From a virus, in the IMG/VR virus record IMGVR_UViG_3300009702_000005, positions 1-44,119 of that record: a stretch of DNA of 44,119 nucleotides, one strand, 5' to 3'. Each line of letters starts with the position of its first letter. Position 1 is the stretch's first letter. The position numbers were made by a program, and so were the translations under genes. Positions 24,584-32,421 of this stretch are shown here, in pieces. The notes beneath the pieces were generated by a model, which saw nothing but the letters and a program-made list of their open reading frames with translations, was not told the DNA's origin and did not search any database.

Positions 24584-24654
24584 GACCGTAACTCAATGGT
24601 TAGAGTGCCGTCCTTATAAGACGGTGGTTGCGGGTTCGAGTCCCGCCGGTCCTA
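24582..24654 (+). tRNA. tRNA-Ile, anticodon UAU (reads AUA); no encoded CCA
   Basis: Manual cloverleaf: acceptor AGGACCG/CGGTCCT, D stem ACTC/GAGT, anticodon stem CCGTC/GACGG with loop CTTATAA, T arm GCGGG-TTCGAGT-CCCGC. The 5' end overlaps the polymerase TAG by 2 nt. Confidence 0.85.
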
Positions 24655-24676
24655 ATAACTATGAGAGGGGTAGACT

Positions 24677-24880
24677 ATGGAAGACCATGAATTCTGGATG
24701 TGGGCAGACAAAGTAGTTGTTGATAACATGGGATCAATTACAGTAGGCTACTTACCAACAAAGGAAATTTGGCGAATCAGCTTGATTCCTTGTTTAGGTG
24801 AAGAAATTTATATAGAGGATAGGTTTAGGCATATAGCATACAAGCGTGCTATGTCTGCCTATAAACTACAAGTCAAGTAA
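24677..24880 (+). CDS. hypothetical protein, 67 aa
   Basis: GAGAGGGG SD upstream of the ATG. Confidence 0.5.
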   Translation: MEDHEFWMWADKVVVDNMGSITVGYLPTKEIWRISLIPCLGEEIYIEDRFRHIAYKRAMSAYKLQVK

Positions 24881-24916
24881 ACGCTCAATACTAACTTGTT
24901 TCTGGGGAGAAATGCT

Positions 24917-25354
24917 ATGACGCGCAGAAGCCATAAAGTTCCTACGGATGCTGGAATGCAGAGAACGCCGGAAGATAACTACATTCGTAAGGCTGAATTG
25001 ATTCGAGTAATTGACGGCGATACAGTTGAGTTGCGGGTAGACTTGGGGTTCCGTACATCCTATACGGGGCCGTTTCGTCTCGCCCGTATAAACGCTCCCA
25101 AGTTAGGGGATGCGGACGGTAGAGGAGTAGACGCGGCTGTAGCATTAAGTGGTCTGCTAACGTCTGAGCTATTCAGTAGCGGCACAGGAGTAAGTAAACA
25201 CATTTGGATTCGGTCCCACAAGCGAGGAAAGTTCCGCTATCTGGCCGAAATATATGTCGCTATTGACGGTGGCATACGATTTGTCAGTGACGTAATGGTG
25301 TCGTTAGGTCACGCTAAGTATTGGTCCGGGTACGGACCCAAACCGGGAGAGTAA
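24917..25354 (+). CDS. staphylococcal nuclease (SNase/thermonuclease)-like nuclease, 145 aa
   Basis: VIDGDTVELRV....FRLARINAPK matches the SNase pattern (v)DGDT...(v)RL.GIdaPE. GGGGAGA SD. Confidence 0.55.
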   Translation: MTRRSHKVPTDAGMQRTPEDNYIRKAELIRVIDGDTVELRVDLGFRTSYTGPFRLARINAPKLGDADGRGVDAAVALSGLLTSELFSSGTGVSKHIWIRSHKRGKFRYLAEIYVAIDGGIRFVSDVMVSLGHAKYWSGYGPKPGE

Positions 25355-25356
25355 CT

Positions 25357-25620
25357 ATGGGTAATCCGAAGAATGATAACTTGCAGGTTGGACCGATTTT
25401 GTCAAGTCTTAGCTTGATAGATTGGATGGACGGTAACATACACAATATGGCGCTGCGTGTACTGCATGATACTATGGAGAAGTCTCATTGTGACCCTAGA
25501 TATTGGGTACGGCGTGTTGGAGCACACGGCTTTCAGGTCGTGTATGATGGTAAATGTGTAACTACATTCACACATAACCCAGATGAAGTTAAGGCTGTTG
25601 AAGCGAAACAAGATAATTAG
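25357..25620 (+). CDS. hypothetical protein, 87 aa
   Basis: GGGAGAG SD upstream. The non-ATG track extension from 25321 overlaps the nuclease. Confidence 0.45.
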   Translation: MGNPKNDNLQVGPILSSLSLIDWMDGNIHNMALRVLHDTMEKSHCDPRYWVRRVGAHGFQVVYDGKCVTTFTHNPDEVKAVEAKQDN

Positions 25621-25636
25621 CTAAAGAGGAACGGAA

Positions 25637-26071
25637 ATGAAGTCAATTCATCAGCAATATATAGAATTGTTTATGGGCGCTATGGGGCAGTATGTCCCGA
25701 ACGGTCCCACTAAGATTACCCCAGAAACCGCGCGGTTACGTGCAAGACTAATTATGGAAGAAGCGCTGGAAACTATTGCAGCACTAGGGTATCGACCAGT
25801 TATAAAGAATCAGGATGTGAACTTAGTACAACGTACTAAGCCTAATTTCATCGAAGTAGTAGATGGTTGTTGTGACCTTAGTGTAGTCACAATAGGTACA
25901 TTATCTGCTTTAGGTGTACATGATTTGGATGTATTGAGTGAAGTAGATGCTAACAACATTATGAAGATAGCGAATGCTACACTGAGAGACGACGGTAAGA
26001 TAATTAAAGCCGCCAACCATCCAAAGCCAGACCTTGCAGGCGCTATCCGTACCCAGAACAGTACCACGTAG
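25637..26071 (+). CDS. MazG-like / all-alpha NTP pyrophosphohydrolase candidate, 144 aa
   Basis: RLRARLIMEEALETIAALGY ... VVDGCCDLSVVTIGTLSALGV ... NNIMK fits the EExxE...D helix pattern of the family. Confidence 0.5.
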   Translation: MKSIHQQYIELFMGAMGQYVPNGPTKITPETARLRARLIMEEALETIAALGYRPVIKNQDVNLVQRTKPNFIEVVDGCCDLSVVTIGTLSALGVHDLDVLSEVDANNIMKIANATLRDDGKIIKAANHPKPDLAGAIRTQNSTT

Positions 26072-26080
26072 GAGAATACC

Positions 26081-26368
26081 ATGTTGGTTATAGCCTGTAA
26101 TGCACGTGATACTAGGATTGAACGGTGCGGAGATAACTATCTTATCACGCTTCCCGAATCATCTAAGGTAGCTATAGATTCGGTTAGGCGTAGGCCATTC
26201 ATACAAGTCATTGATAGTGTCGATGTTAGTATAAGCAGTAAGGGTACTATACTATTCAATCGTAAGCTAGACAGAAAGTCGGTGAGTAATGAAGGAATCG
26301 GAACTTCCGAAAAGGATACTACCCCTAATAGATCACGGATTCGTAGCTCTAGGGATAACAGGGAGTGA
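26081..26368 (+). CDS. hypothetical protein, 95 aa
   Basis: ORF with AGGAGAA upstream. It overlaps the primase start by 80 nt, so its 3' extent is uncertain. Confidence 0.35.
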   Translation: MLVIACNARDTRIERCGDNYLITLPESSKVAIDSVRRRPFIQVIDSVDVSISSKGTILFNRKLDRKSVSNEGIGTSEKDTTPNRSRIRSSRDNRE

Positions 26369-28400
26369 AGTCTATGGCTGTTGTCCGTTCTGTGGCCGTG
26401 AAAAATTCTATGTTAATTCGGATACGGGACAATGGAACTGCAAGAGTGCTAAGTGTAACCGTAGCGGCAATATGCACACGTTCCTTGATGCTGTGGTCGA
26501 TCACTACGGACCGATAGACCGCGAGAAACGGGAAAAGCTGGCAGAGCTACGGGGCATCCCCCAGAAATCATTTAAGCCCCATCGAATCGCTTGGAATGGT
26601 ATAGAATATCTGATTCCCGTCCGTTCCCCGACCGGCCACATACAAGATTTAGGCCGATATTCCGGCAGCGGTAAGGTCAAGGCAACTCGCAAGGGGTTAG
26701 GGCCGGGAACAGGCTTATATAACGCTGACAAGCTGGTTGAGGCTTCACCTGATGTGCGTGTTTATGTCTGTGCTGGATTCTGGGATGTCGTGGCGCTGGA
26801 AACGATTCTACGGACGGCCGGTAAACCCGGAGTTGTAGTTGGCGTACCGGGGGAGGGCGTATTTAAGCGCGAGTGGATTGGTCTGTTCAGTGGTCGAGAC
26901 GTAACGCTGTGTTATGATAACGATGAAGCTGGTGATAAAGGCATGGCAAAGGTAGGTGGTTGTACTGGGTATCCTAATATAGCAAGTAAGCTAAATGAAG
27001 GGTTACTACGTGGAGTGGCTAAACGGATACGTTATACCTGCTGGCCTATCTCACTTAGTAAATCCGTAGATATAAACGATCTATGGAAACAGGAAGGTAA
27101 AGCTGGATGGAAACTGCTAAAGCAGATGGTGGGAGACTATCATAGACGTGATATAGCGCTAACTGAGCAGAAAGGAACCAAGAAACGGAAGCGTAAGAAA
27201 GGGAAAAAGGTAGCTAGGGTAGGATTCGAGCAGATTCGTAGCGCATACGGTCAGTGGCTACGTATGACCCCAGATATGACGGCAGCGCTTCGACTTGTCT
27301 TCGCTGTTTCTGGCACTACGGTCTTACATGATGATCCTATCTGGTTGTACCTTGTTGGTCCGTCAGGCTGTGGAAAAACTGCCCTACTATCTTCGCTCCG
27401 TAACAGTGACCGTTGTGTGTATCGTAGCTCCCTTAGCAAGGCCGCATTAGTTTCTGGGATAAGAGGAACGGACCCTAGCTTGATTCCAGAGCTAGACGGG
27501 AAGTGTTTCATTACGAAGGATTTTACGGAAGTTTTGCAGACTAATGAAGCTGAACGTAGAGAGATATTAGCTGTATTGCGTGGGGTATTTGACGGCTACA
27601 TCGACAAGTCATATGGAACGGGCGTCTTCCGATCCTACGAGAGTCACTTTAACTTTATTGCTGGTGTCACGCCTATTATTCATCGGTATACGGATCAAGG
27701 GGCAGCGCTAGGCGACAGGTTTCTGAAATTTGATATGGGTAAAGGTAGAGCATTAGCGCAGCCACGTCAGTTAATGGCAGCGTTAGATGGATTGGAATTG
27801 AAACAGAAACAGGATAGTGACCTAGCTGATATAGCAGAAGCGTATATAGAGCAGTTGTATGAGCTAGCTGAGAAACGTATGGCTAAGTTTGAAACTCCAC
27901 GATGGCTTAAAGATAAGCTGATACTAATGGGGGAATTTATCTCTTTGATACGGACTAACGTAGAGAAAGACTATCATGGGGAGTTAGTCTACCGGCCTGA
28001 GAGTGAAATGCCTACCCGTATGGTTAAGCAGCTAGCCAAGTTAGCGGCTGGCCTATGCTTGATTGACGGTAAGGAAATGCCAGATCGGAAAATCTATTCA
28101 GAAATCCTTACTGTGGCAATGGATACGGCAACCGGGTTCCGTCGAGAAGTAGTAGAGACACTACTAAATGGACAGAAGCGCGGTATGACTGTCTCTGAAA
28201 TTGAGGGCATATTGAAATTGCCAGTATCTACGCTGCGAGACAGACTACACGAACTTTACGTGCTAAGGCTTGTGGAGCGTAGAAAGAAAAAACGGAAGTC
28301 TAAGGGTAATGGGATGGAGTTAGGTCCACGTCCTGATTACTGGCGTCTATCGGGCCGATTAAGAGAATTGTGGAACGAATTACAACAAGGGGTAGAGTAA
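26289..28400 (+). CDS. bifunctional primase-helicase (zinc finger + TOPRIM + P-loop NTPase + C-terminal wHTH-like), 703 aa
   Basis: CPFCGREKFY..WNCKSAKCNRSGN zinc finger. TOPRIM motifs VCAGFWDVVALE and YDNDEAGDKG. Walker A LVGPSGCGKTAL. Confidence 0.8.
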   Translation: MKESELPKRILPLIDHGFVALGITGSEVYGCCPFCGREKFYVNSDTGQWNCKSAKCNRSGNMHTFLDAVVDHYGPIDREKREKLAELRGIPQKSFKPHRIAWNGIEYLIPVRSPTGHIQDLGRYSGSGKVKATRKGLGPGTGLYNADKLVEASPDVRVYVCAGFWDVVALETILRTAGKPGVVVGVPGEGVFKREWIGLFSGRDVTLCYDNDEAGDKGMAKVGGCTGYPNIASKLNEGLLRGVAKRIRYTCWPISLSKSVDINDLWKQEGKAGWKLLKQMVGDYHRRDIALTEQKGTKKRKRKKGKKVARVGFEQIRSAYGQWLRMTPDMTAALRLVFAVSGTTVLHDDPIWLYLVGPSGCGKTALLSSLRNSDRCVYRSSLSKAALVSGIRGTDPSLIPELDGKCFITKDFTEVLQTNEAERREILAVLRGVFDGYIDKSYGTGVFRSYESHFNFIAGVTPIIHRYTDQGAALGDRFLKFDMGKGRALAQPRQLMAALDGLELKQKQDSDLADIAEAYIEQLYELAEKRMAKFETPRWLKDKLILMGEFISLIRTNVEKDYHGELVYRPESEMPTRMVKQLAKLAAGLCLIDGKEMPDRKIYSEILTVAMDTATGFRREVVETLLNGQKRGMTVSEIEGILKLPVSTLRDRLHELYVLRLVERRKKKRKSKGNGMELGPRPDYWRLSGRLRELWNELQQGVE

Positions 28401-28567
28401 TGGTACGGGGATTAAAGAGACATATAGCGTACTATATTGGGGTAGAGCAGTATAAGGCGCTGAGATATGAAGCTGCTATGAGGAATACGTCAATGCAAAA
28501 ACTACTTGATAAACAAACATCGAAGTGGTTAGACGGTCTAGTTGAGAAGCATAAGGGTAAAGTGTAG
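28400..28567 (+). CDS. ribbon-helix-helix (CopG-like) DNA-binding protein candidate, 55 aa
   Basis: MVRGLKRHIAYYIGVEQYKALRYEAAMRNTSMQKLL: beta strand then helix-helix pattern. TAATG overlap with the primase stop. Confidence 0.45.
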   Translation: MVRGLKRHIAYYIGVEQYKALRYEAAMRNTSMQKLLDKQTSKWLDGLVEKHKGKV

Positions 28568-28702
28568 GGTTTAGTGTGCTGTATGTCCGTATGGAGGGAT
28601 GTGTTCCCCCCAGAATCGTCGTTTTATCTCTGTATTGTTTGGGGGTGTAAAATGATTTGGAATTGTTTGGTGGGGGGTTTGCTAAACTCGGTCTGGAACG
28701 GC

Positions 28703-28736
28703 CGTAATCCCCTATACTACGTATAGGGGGATTACG
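28703..28736 (+). terminator. strong hairpin (14-15 bp stem with one bulge) in the 28.57-28.81 kb intergenic region; possible terminator or protein-binding palindrome
   Basis: CGTAATCCCCTATAC-tac-GTATAGGGGGATTACG. The downstream region is only weakly T-rich (cccttTccTTcccgTTT). Confidence 0.45.
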
Positions 28737-28808
28737 CCCTTTCCTTCCCGTTTGCAGATTTGATTTTAGGATTTAGTAGCTACTATTGTTCTATATAGGG
28801 AGATAACT

Positions 28809-29099
28809 ATGTTGTGTAACTTCAATACTAGGCTATGTTATATGACTACTGATGAAGTATTCCGTTTAGGGTTTGGTGGTGTGGTTGATGGTATACGTCC
28901 CGGCGCTACACGTACTGGCATCATACCTTGTGTTGATGGTGCCGATATTCACCTTGTTAGACTCTATCATCCTATGTTTGACCATACTGATGATGGACAA
29001 TTCATCGCTAACGTAATGGACAACGGGGAAACTGAGTATGTGCGTAGTAGTAGAACTTTTTATGAGTCTGATATGTCTGAGGGTTGGGAATCGTCTTGA
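28809..29099 (+). CDS. hypothetical protein, 96 aa
   Basis: ATAGGGAGA leader 5 nt upstream of the ATG. Confidence 0.5.
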   Translation: MLCNFNTRLCYMTTDEVFRLGFGGVVDGIRPGATRTGIIPCVDGADIHLVRLYHPMFDHTDDGQFIANVMDNGETEYVRSSRTFYESDMSEGWESS

Positions 29100-29216
29100 A
29101 TTTCTGGGGTAGGGTAAGTAAGCTGTGGGTGGAGCGGCCAGTATTGGAGTGTCGCCCGTTCCGCAGTCTTTACGCTGGCCGTTCTGTTTCTGGGTTGGAA
29201 CGTGGGGGAGTTTTTA

Positions 29217-29567
29217 ATGCACACTATCATCGAACAGGACATTGCGATTATTGTAGGGCTAGTTACGATTGTAGTAGCTTTAGTATCTGCTATCATAGGC
29301 ATTGTTAAGGTTAAGCTAACTGTAGATCGTATCCCTAAGCAGCTACGTGAAACGCATAATGTTACAATGGATAACCAAGCACACTTATGTTCATTGAGTA
29401 CAAAGGTAGACAGTTTGACTGAAGCAGTTGGAAACCATGCTAAGTCGTGCGACCATGACCGGGGGGATTTGAACAAGCTGGTAGCACAGCATTCTGTACG
29501 GATAGGATCGTTGGAAACGACCGTCTCACAGCACATGGACGACCATAAAGGCAGGGGTAAAAAATGA
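29217..29567 (+). CDS. membrane-anchored coiled-coil protein (holin/spanin-like candidate), 116 aa
   Basis: One TM helix IAIIVGLVTIVVALVSAIIGIV followed by a heptad-like region. GGGGGAG SD. Confidence 0.45.
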   Translation: MHTIIEQDIAIIVGLVTIVVALVSAIIGIVKVKLTVDRIPKQLRETHNVTMDNQAHLCSLSTKVDSLTEAVGNHAKSCDHDRGDLNKLVAQHSVRIGSLETTVSQHMDDHKGRGKK

Positions 29568-29581
29568 GAGAAAGGAACGGT

Positions 29582-30565
29582 ATGTGCAAGGTGTTAGCTG
29601 TTGCTCTGTTGAGCTTGCTATGGTGTAAGGTAGGGGTTGCTCAGTACGTCACTGAGATACGAGCTAAGGTAGTTGGCTGTACTAGTCCGTTCGGGTGAAG
29701 TGGAGTTAGTCACGGCAATACCGTAGTTGGAATAAACTATGGTACTGCCGTTCCTATCGGTCAGATAGGTGGAAAGACGTTTCTGATTACAGCCGGGCAT
29801 GTAGTGCAGTATGTAACATCCCCAGAAATAGGTGTGCGCGGTGAGTGGGCGAAGGTGAAAATCGTCGCGGTCTACACTAAAAACAACATAGACCTTGCTA
29901 TAGTAAGCTATGCCGGAAAGCTGGATAGCTTTTGTCTTGCTAAGTCTGTAGCTAGATTGGGAACGGTTGTTACTCTAGCATCTATCCGCGATAAAAAGTA
30001 TGCTTGGAGAGATTCGCGTATAACAGCTAACTCTACAGAACAAGCCGGTAGTCGTGGTCGATTTAAGGCTGAGTTAGTTGAAGCTGGAATAGGTGTAATC
30101 TCAGGCGAATCCGGGGGAGCAATCCTTAATAAGAGCAAACAAGTTGTGGGCATCATCGTAGCCGGTACAGACGCCAGAACGGTAGCGGTAGACTCTGTGG
30201 CTGTTCGTCGTTATGTTTCGCGGATTTTGGGTAGACTTCCCTCTTGTGGGACGCTACAATTACCGCAACGGCCGAAGATTGTGCAGCGCAAGCCGCCAGT
30301 GAAAATAGCCCCAATACCGCCGAGGGAGACCAAACAACTGCAACCGCCAACAGCGTTAAAGGAATTGCAGGCACAGCTTCAAGCTACCCAAAAGGAAGTT
30401 GTGAGGCTACAACAAGAGCTATCAGCTATGGCAGCTAGGCAAGCCAAACCCCTAAAGGTTAGGATACTCACTACTGATGGTAAGTTGGTAGATGAGAAGC
30501 AGTACAAGCCCGGAGAGACAATAGACTTGTATTTGGTTCCGCAGGGTAGCGGCAAAGGAAGGTGA
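29582..30565 (+). CDS. secreted trypsin-like serine protease with a Pro-rich linker and C-terminal coiled coil, interrupted by an in-frame TGA at 29696..29698
   Basis: ATG with AAAGGAACGG upstream. Signal-peptide-like MCKVLAVALLSLLWCKVGVAQ. Same frame across the TGA. Catalytic triad motifs LITAGHVV (His codon 29798..29800), DLAIV and GESGGAI. There is no in-frame ATG/GTG/TTG between the TGA and the GTG at 29804, which lies after the His. Confidence 0.65.
29696..29698 (+). other. in-frame TGA inside the serine protease reading frame (..SPFG*SGVSHG..)
   Basis: Codon-by-codon reading from ATG 29582. Confidence 0.9.
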
Positions 30566-30567
30566 TT

Positions 30568-30843
30568 ATGGAAGGTATCCCAGAAACACGACGCGGCACT
30601 AGGTACTTCGATTGTCCAGAGTGTAAGTATTCGTGGAGTCATGTATCGCGCGACGCAGCATCCCCTAGTGGAAAGAATTGCCCGAAGTGTGGAGAGTTTT
30701 GCCAGCCTACACGGTATGAGCTTGATAGTAGCATCAGTGTTGATAGGCTTGGTAATCTGATAGAAGACAATGAAGACTCTATTGTAGAGTCTACCAGTGA
30801 GGCAGGAACGGAAGATAAGGAACAGGAAAATGGCAGCGGTTGA
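30568..30843 (+). CDS. zinc-ribbon protein, 91 aa (alternative GTG start at 30562)
   Basis: CPECKYSW....CPKCGEFC. AAGGAAGGTG SD. It overlaps the protease stop. Confidence 0.55.
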   Translation: MEGIPETRRGTRYFDCPECKYSWSHVSRDAASPSGKNCPKCGEFCQPTRYELDSSISVDRLGNLIEDNEDSIVESTSEAGTEDKEQENGSG

Positions 30844-31060
30844 CCTGAGTGAGAATGTTGCTAACGCATTGCTGACTGACGCTATGCAGGCTGGTAAGAT
30901 TGCCATGAATAATTTTATCACTGTGCAGAAGTTGGTTGACTATGATTACATGGAAGGTAAACGTGTTATCGGTTTGACTGAAGCTGTTGGTGTACGTGAA
31001 GTTGCCAGCAAGTCAGTACCGGCTGGTCCGGTTAGTCCGGGTACTGCTAATACTCAGTAG
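30830..31060 (+). CDS. hypothetical protein, 76 aa
   Basis: ATG preceded by AAGGAACAGGAA. It overlaps the upstream gene by 14 nt. Confidence 0.45.
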   Translation: MAAVDLSENVANALLTDAMQAGKIAMNNFITVQKLVDYDYMEGKRVIGLTEAVGVREVASKSVPAGPVSPGTANTQ

Positions 31061-31284
31061 CATGTGGTTGTGGTGGCCGCTGGTCCCGGCCTAGCAGCAA
31101 GGGTTGTAGTCGTATGGGTAGAGTCGAGCGGTTTACCTACCTTACGCAAGACTCAGGGGTACTACACGACTCCCCTTGCTGTTTTTACTACATTAGGATC
31201 ATAGCTGTATACTCTCGGCAGTACAGCGCGAGTTTGCATGACGTGAAACTATCAAGCTAACTAGCATGTAACAGAGTAGCAGCT

Positions 31285-31545
31285 ATGGTCCCATTAGTCC
31301 AGTTAATGCGGGAAGGCAGGAAGCTGCAAGATAGGTTCGTAGAGGCTAATGCTAGGCTGGATTACCTACAAGTTTCCGGCGGCATAGCAGACCTTGACCC
31401 GGCGAGCGTAATCGTGGAGCGGAACGATGCAACAATCGACAGAAAACACGTTCCTGAAGTTTCTGACCCAGAAACTCGGCCTGCGAGTGATGCACGACCA
31501 GATAGTAGTAGCGGACCACAAGAAACAAAGGGACCAAGTACATAG
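31285..31545 (+). CDS. hypothetical protein, 86 aa
   Basis: ORF after a 224-bp intergenic gap. The RBS is weak and the C-terminal half is low complexity. Confidence 0.35.
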   Translation: MVPLVQLMREGRKLQDRFVEANARLDYLQVSGGIADLDPASVIVERNDATIDRKHVPEVSDPETRPASDARPDSSSGPQETKGPST

Positions 31546-31576
31546 CCTAGTAGATAAGTATAAGGAACGGCTAGGT

Positions 31577-31873
31577 ATGAACGCATCTACTGACGGCAGC
31601 GATGACAACTTTCAAGTAGGCGACACGACATACCATATATCACAACCAGCCAAGCAGTCATTACTAAAGCCGTTGCTAGGCACCGCATTAACTGCTGGAT
31701 TGTTAGGTAGTGGTATAGGCGCTGCCGCTATTCCAGCGTTGTCAGCTATGGGGTTACTAGGCAATAAGCCGCAACAACAGCAAGTAATTCCCAGAGATAC
31801 TAAGCCAACACCAAAGGTTTCAAAGGCGGTTGATACGAATACGTGGGAAAGTCTCAGATTACACCAACCATAA
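31577..31873 (+). CDS. small membrane protein with a Gly-zipper-like TM segment, 98 aa
   Basis: ATG 31577 has AAGGAACGG upstream, the same SD form as the protease. TM segment LLGTALTAGLLGSGIGAAAIPALSAMGLLG. The longer track ORF from 31427 would overlap the 31285 ORF. Confidence 0.45.
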   Translation: MNASTDGSDDNFQVGDTTYHISQPAKQSLLKPLLGTALTAGLLGSGIGAAAIPALSAMGLLGNKPQQQQVIPRDTKPTPKVSKAVDTNTWESLRLHQP

Positions 31874-31938
31874 GAAAGGGGGTGATTGCTATGTTGTGAT
31901 TTCAGAAACAGCTAAATACGCCAACAGATCGGCGACAT

Positions 31939-31971
31939 GATAGGGCTATGGCATAAGGCTGTAGCCCTATC
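31939..31971. repeat. perfect 10-bp inverted repeat GATAGGGCTA / TAGCCCTATC (13-nt spacer), with a third ATAGGGC half-site at 32002..32008
   Basis: Read directly. It lies in the 180-bp intergenic region upstream of 32053. Confidence 0.8.
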
Positions 31972-32052
31972 GTATAGCTAGTACGTGAACACCAGAATGC
32001 TATAGGGCCATAGCGTCTAACTATGGTCCTAATCTACATAGGAGCGGAACTA

Positions 32053-32409
32053 ATGAAGACTCACAAGACACCGGGACTGGTAATAGTCGCATTGCTTGCA
32101 GCGTATCTGCTTGGAGCAGCTACACATAGCACAATGCTACGCGCTGCTAATGGCATAACTGCATTTGATGATCTAGTATGCCATACGTTCACAGCTTCAA
32201 GGTATGCTGTTATTGGAGACGACAAGACGGGTGATGTAGTTGCGAAAGCAACTAGACAATACACTACTCTAGCGGTATCAAACAGGAGTGGTAAGGTCAG
32301 TTGTGGTTTCGTTGTTCAGGGTGGAGTAGCCTATCTTGGCTGGAAAGATAAAGACGGCACACATAGGCTACGAATGGACGCTCTTGACAAACTGAGCAAA
32401 AGACCGTAG
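32053..32409 (+). CDS. signal-anchored / secreted hypothetical protein, 118 aa
   Basis: AGGAG 8 nt upstream of the ATG. N-terminal MKTHKTPGLVIVALLAAYLLGAATH. Confidence 0.5.
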   Translation: MKTHKTPGLVIVALLAAYLLGAATHSTMLRAANGITAFDDLVCHTFTASRYAVIGDDKTGDVVAKATRQYTTLAVSNRSGKVSCGFVVQGGVAYLGWKDKDGTHRLRMDALDKLSKRP

Positions 32410-32421
32410 TATTGTGGCGTT

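Noticed and set aside
24582-24654. Possibility that the phage tRNA is a nonsense suppressor explaining the in-frame TAA and TGA
   Set aside because: The 7-nt anticodon loop CTTATAA places TAT at positions 34-36 (Ile, AUA). A UUA or UCA anticodon would need a non-canonical loop register.
28400-28567. RHH protein as evidence of a lysogeny module (temperate lifestyle)
   Set aside because: I found no integrase, excisionase, CI/Cro-like pair or attP-like repeat anywhere in the genome. A single small RHH protein is not enough to call the phage temperate.
28781-28803. Resemblance of tactattgttctaTATAGGGAGA to the T7 class III promoter (about 16/23 matches, including TATAGGGAGA)
   Set aside because: No single-subunit RNA polymerase gene is present. 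The other GGGAGA leaders lack the upstream similarity. The motif is better explained as a Shine-Dalgarno element.
29696-29698. Genome-wide TGA reassignment (genetic code 4 or 25)
   Set aside because: TGA terminates many well-delimited ORFs here (for example 1645, 10784, 12482, 14623, 21190 and 30563), with properly spaced downstream starts. The standard code fits the rest of the genome.
31427-31576. Longer version of the 31577 ORF starting at 31427 (148 aa), or a +1 frameshift fusion with the 31285 ORF
   Set aside because: The extension overlaps the 31285 ORF by 119 nt and lacks an RBS. ATG 31577 has the AAGGAACGG SD. I saw no slippery sequence.
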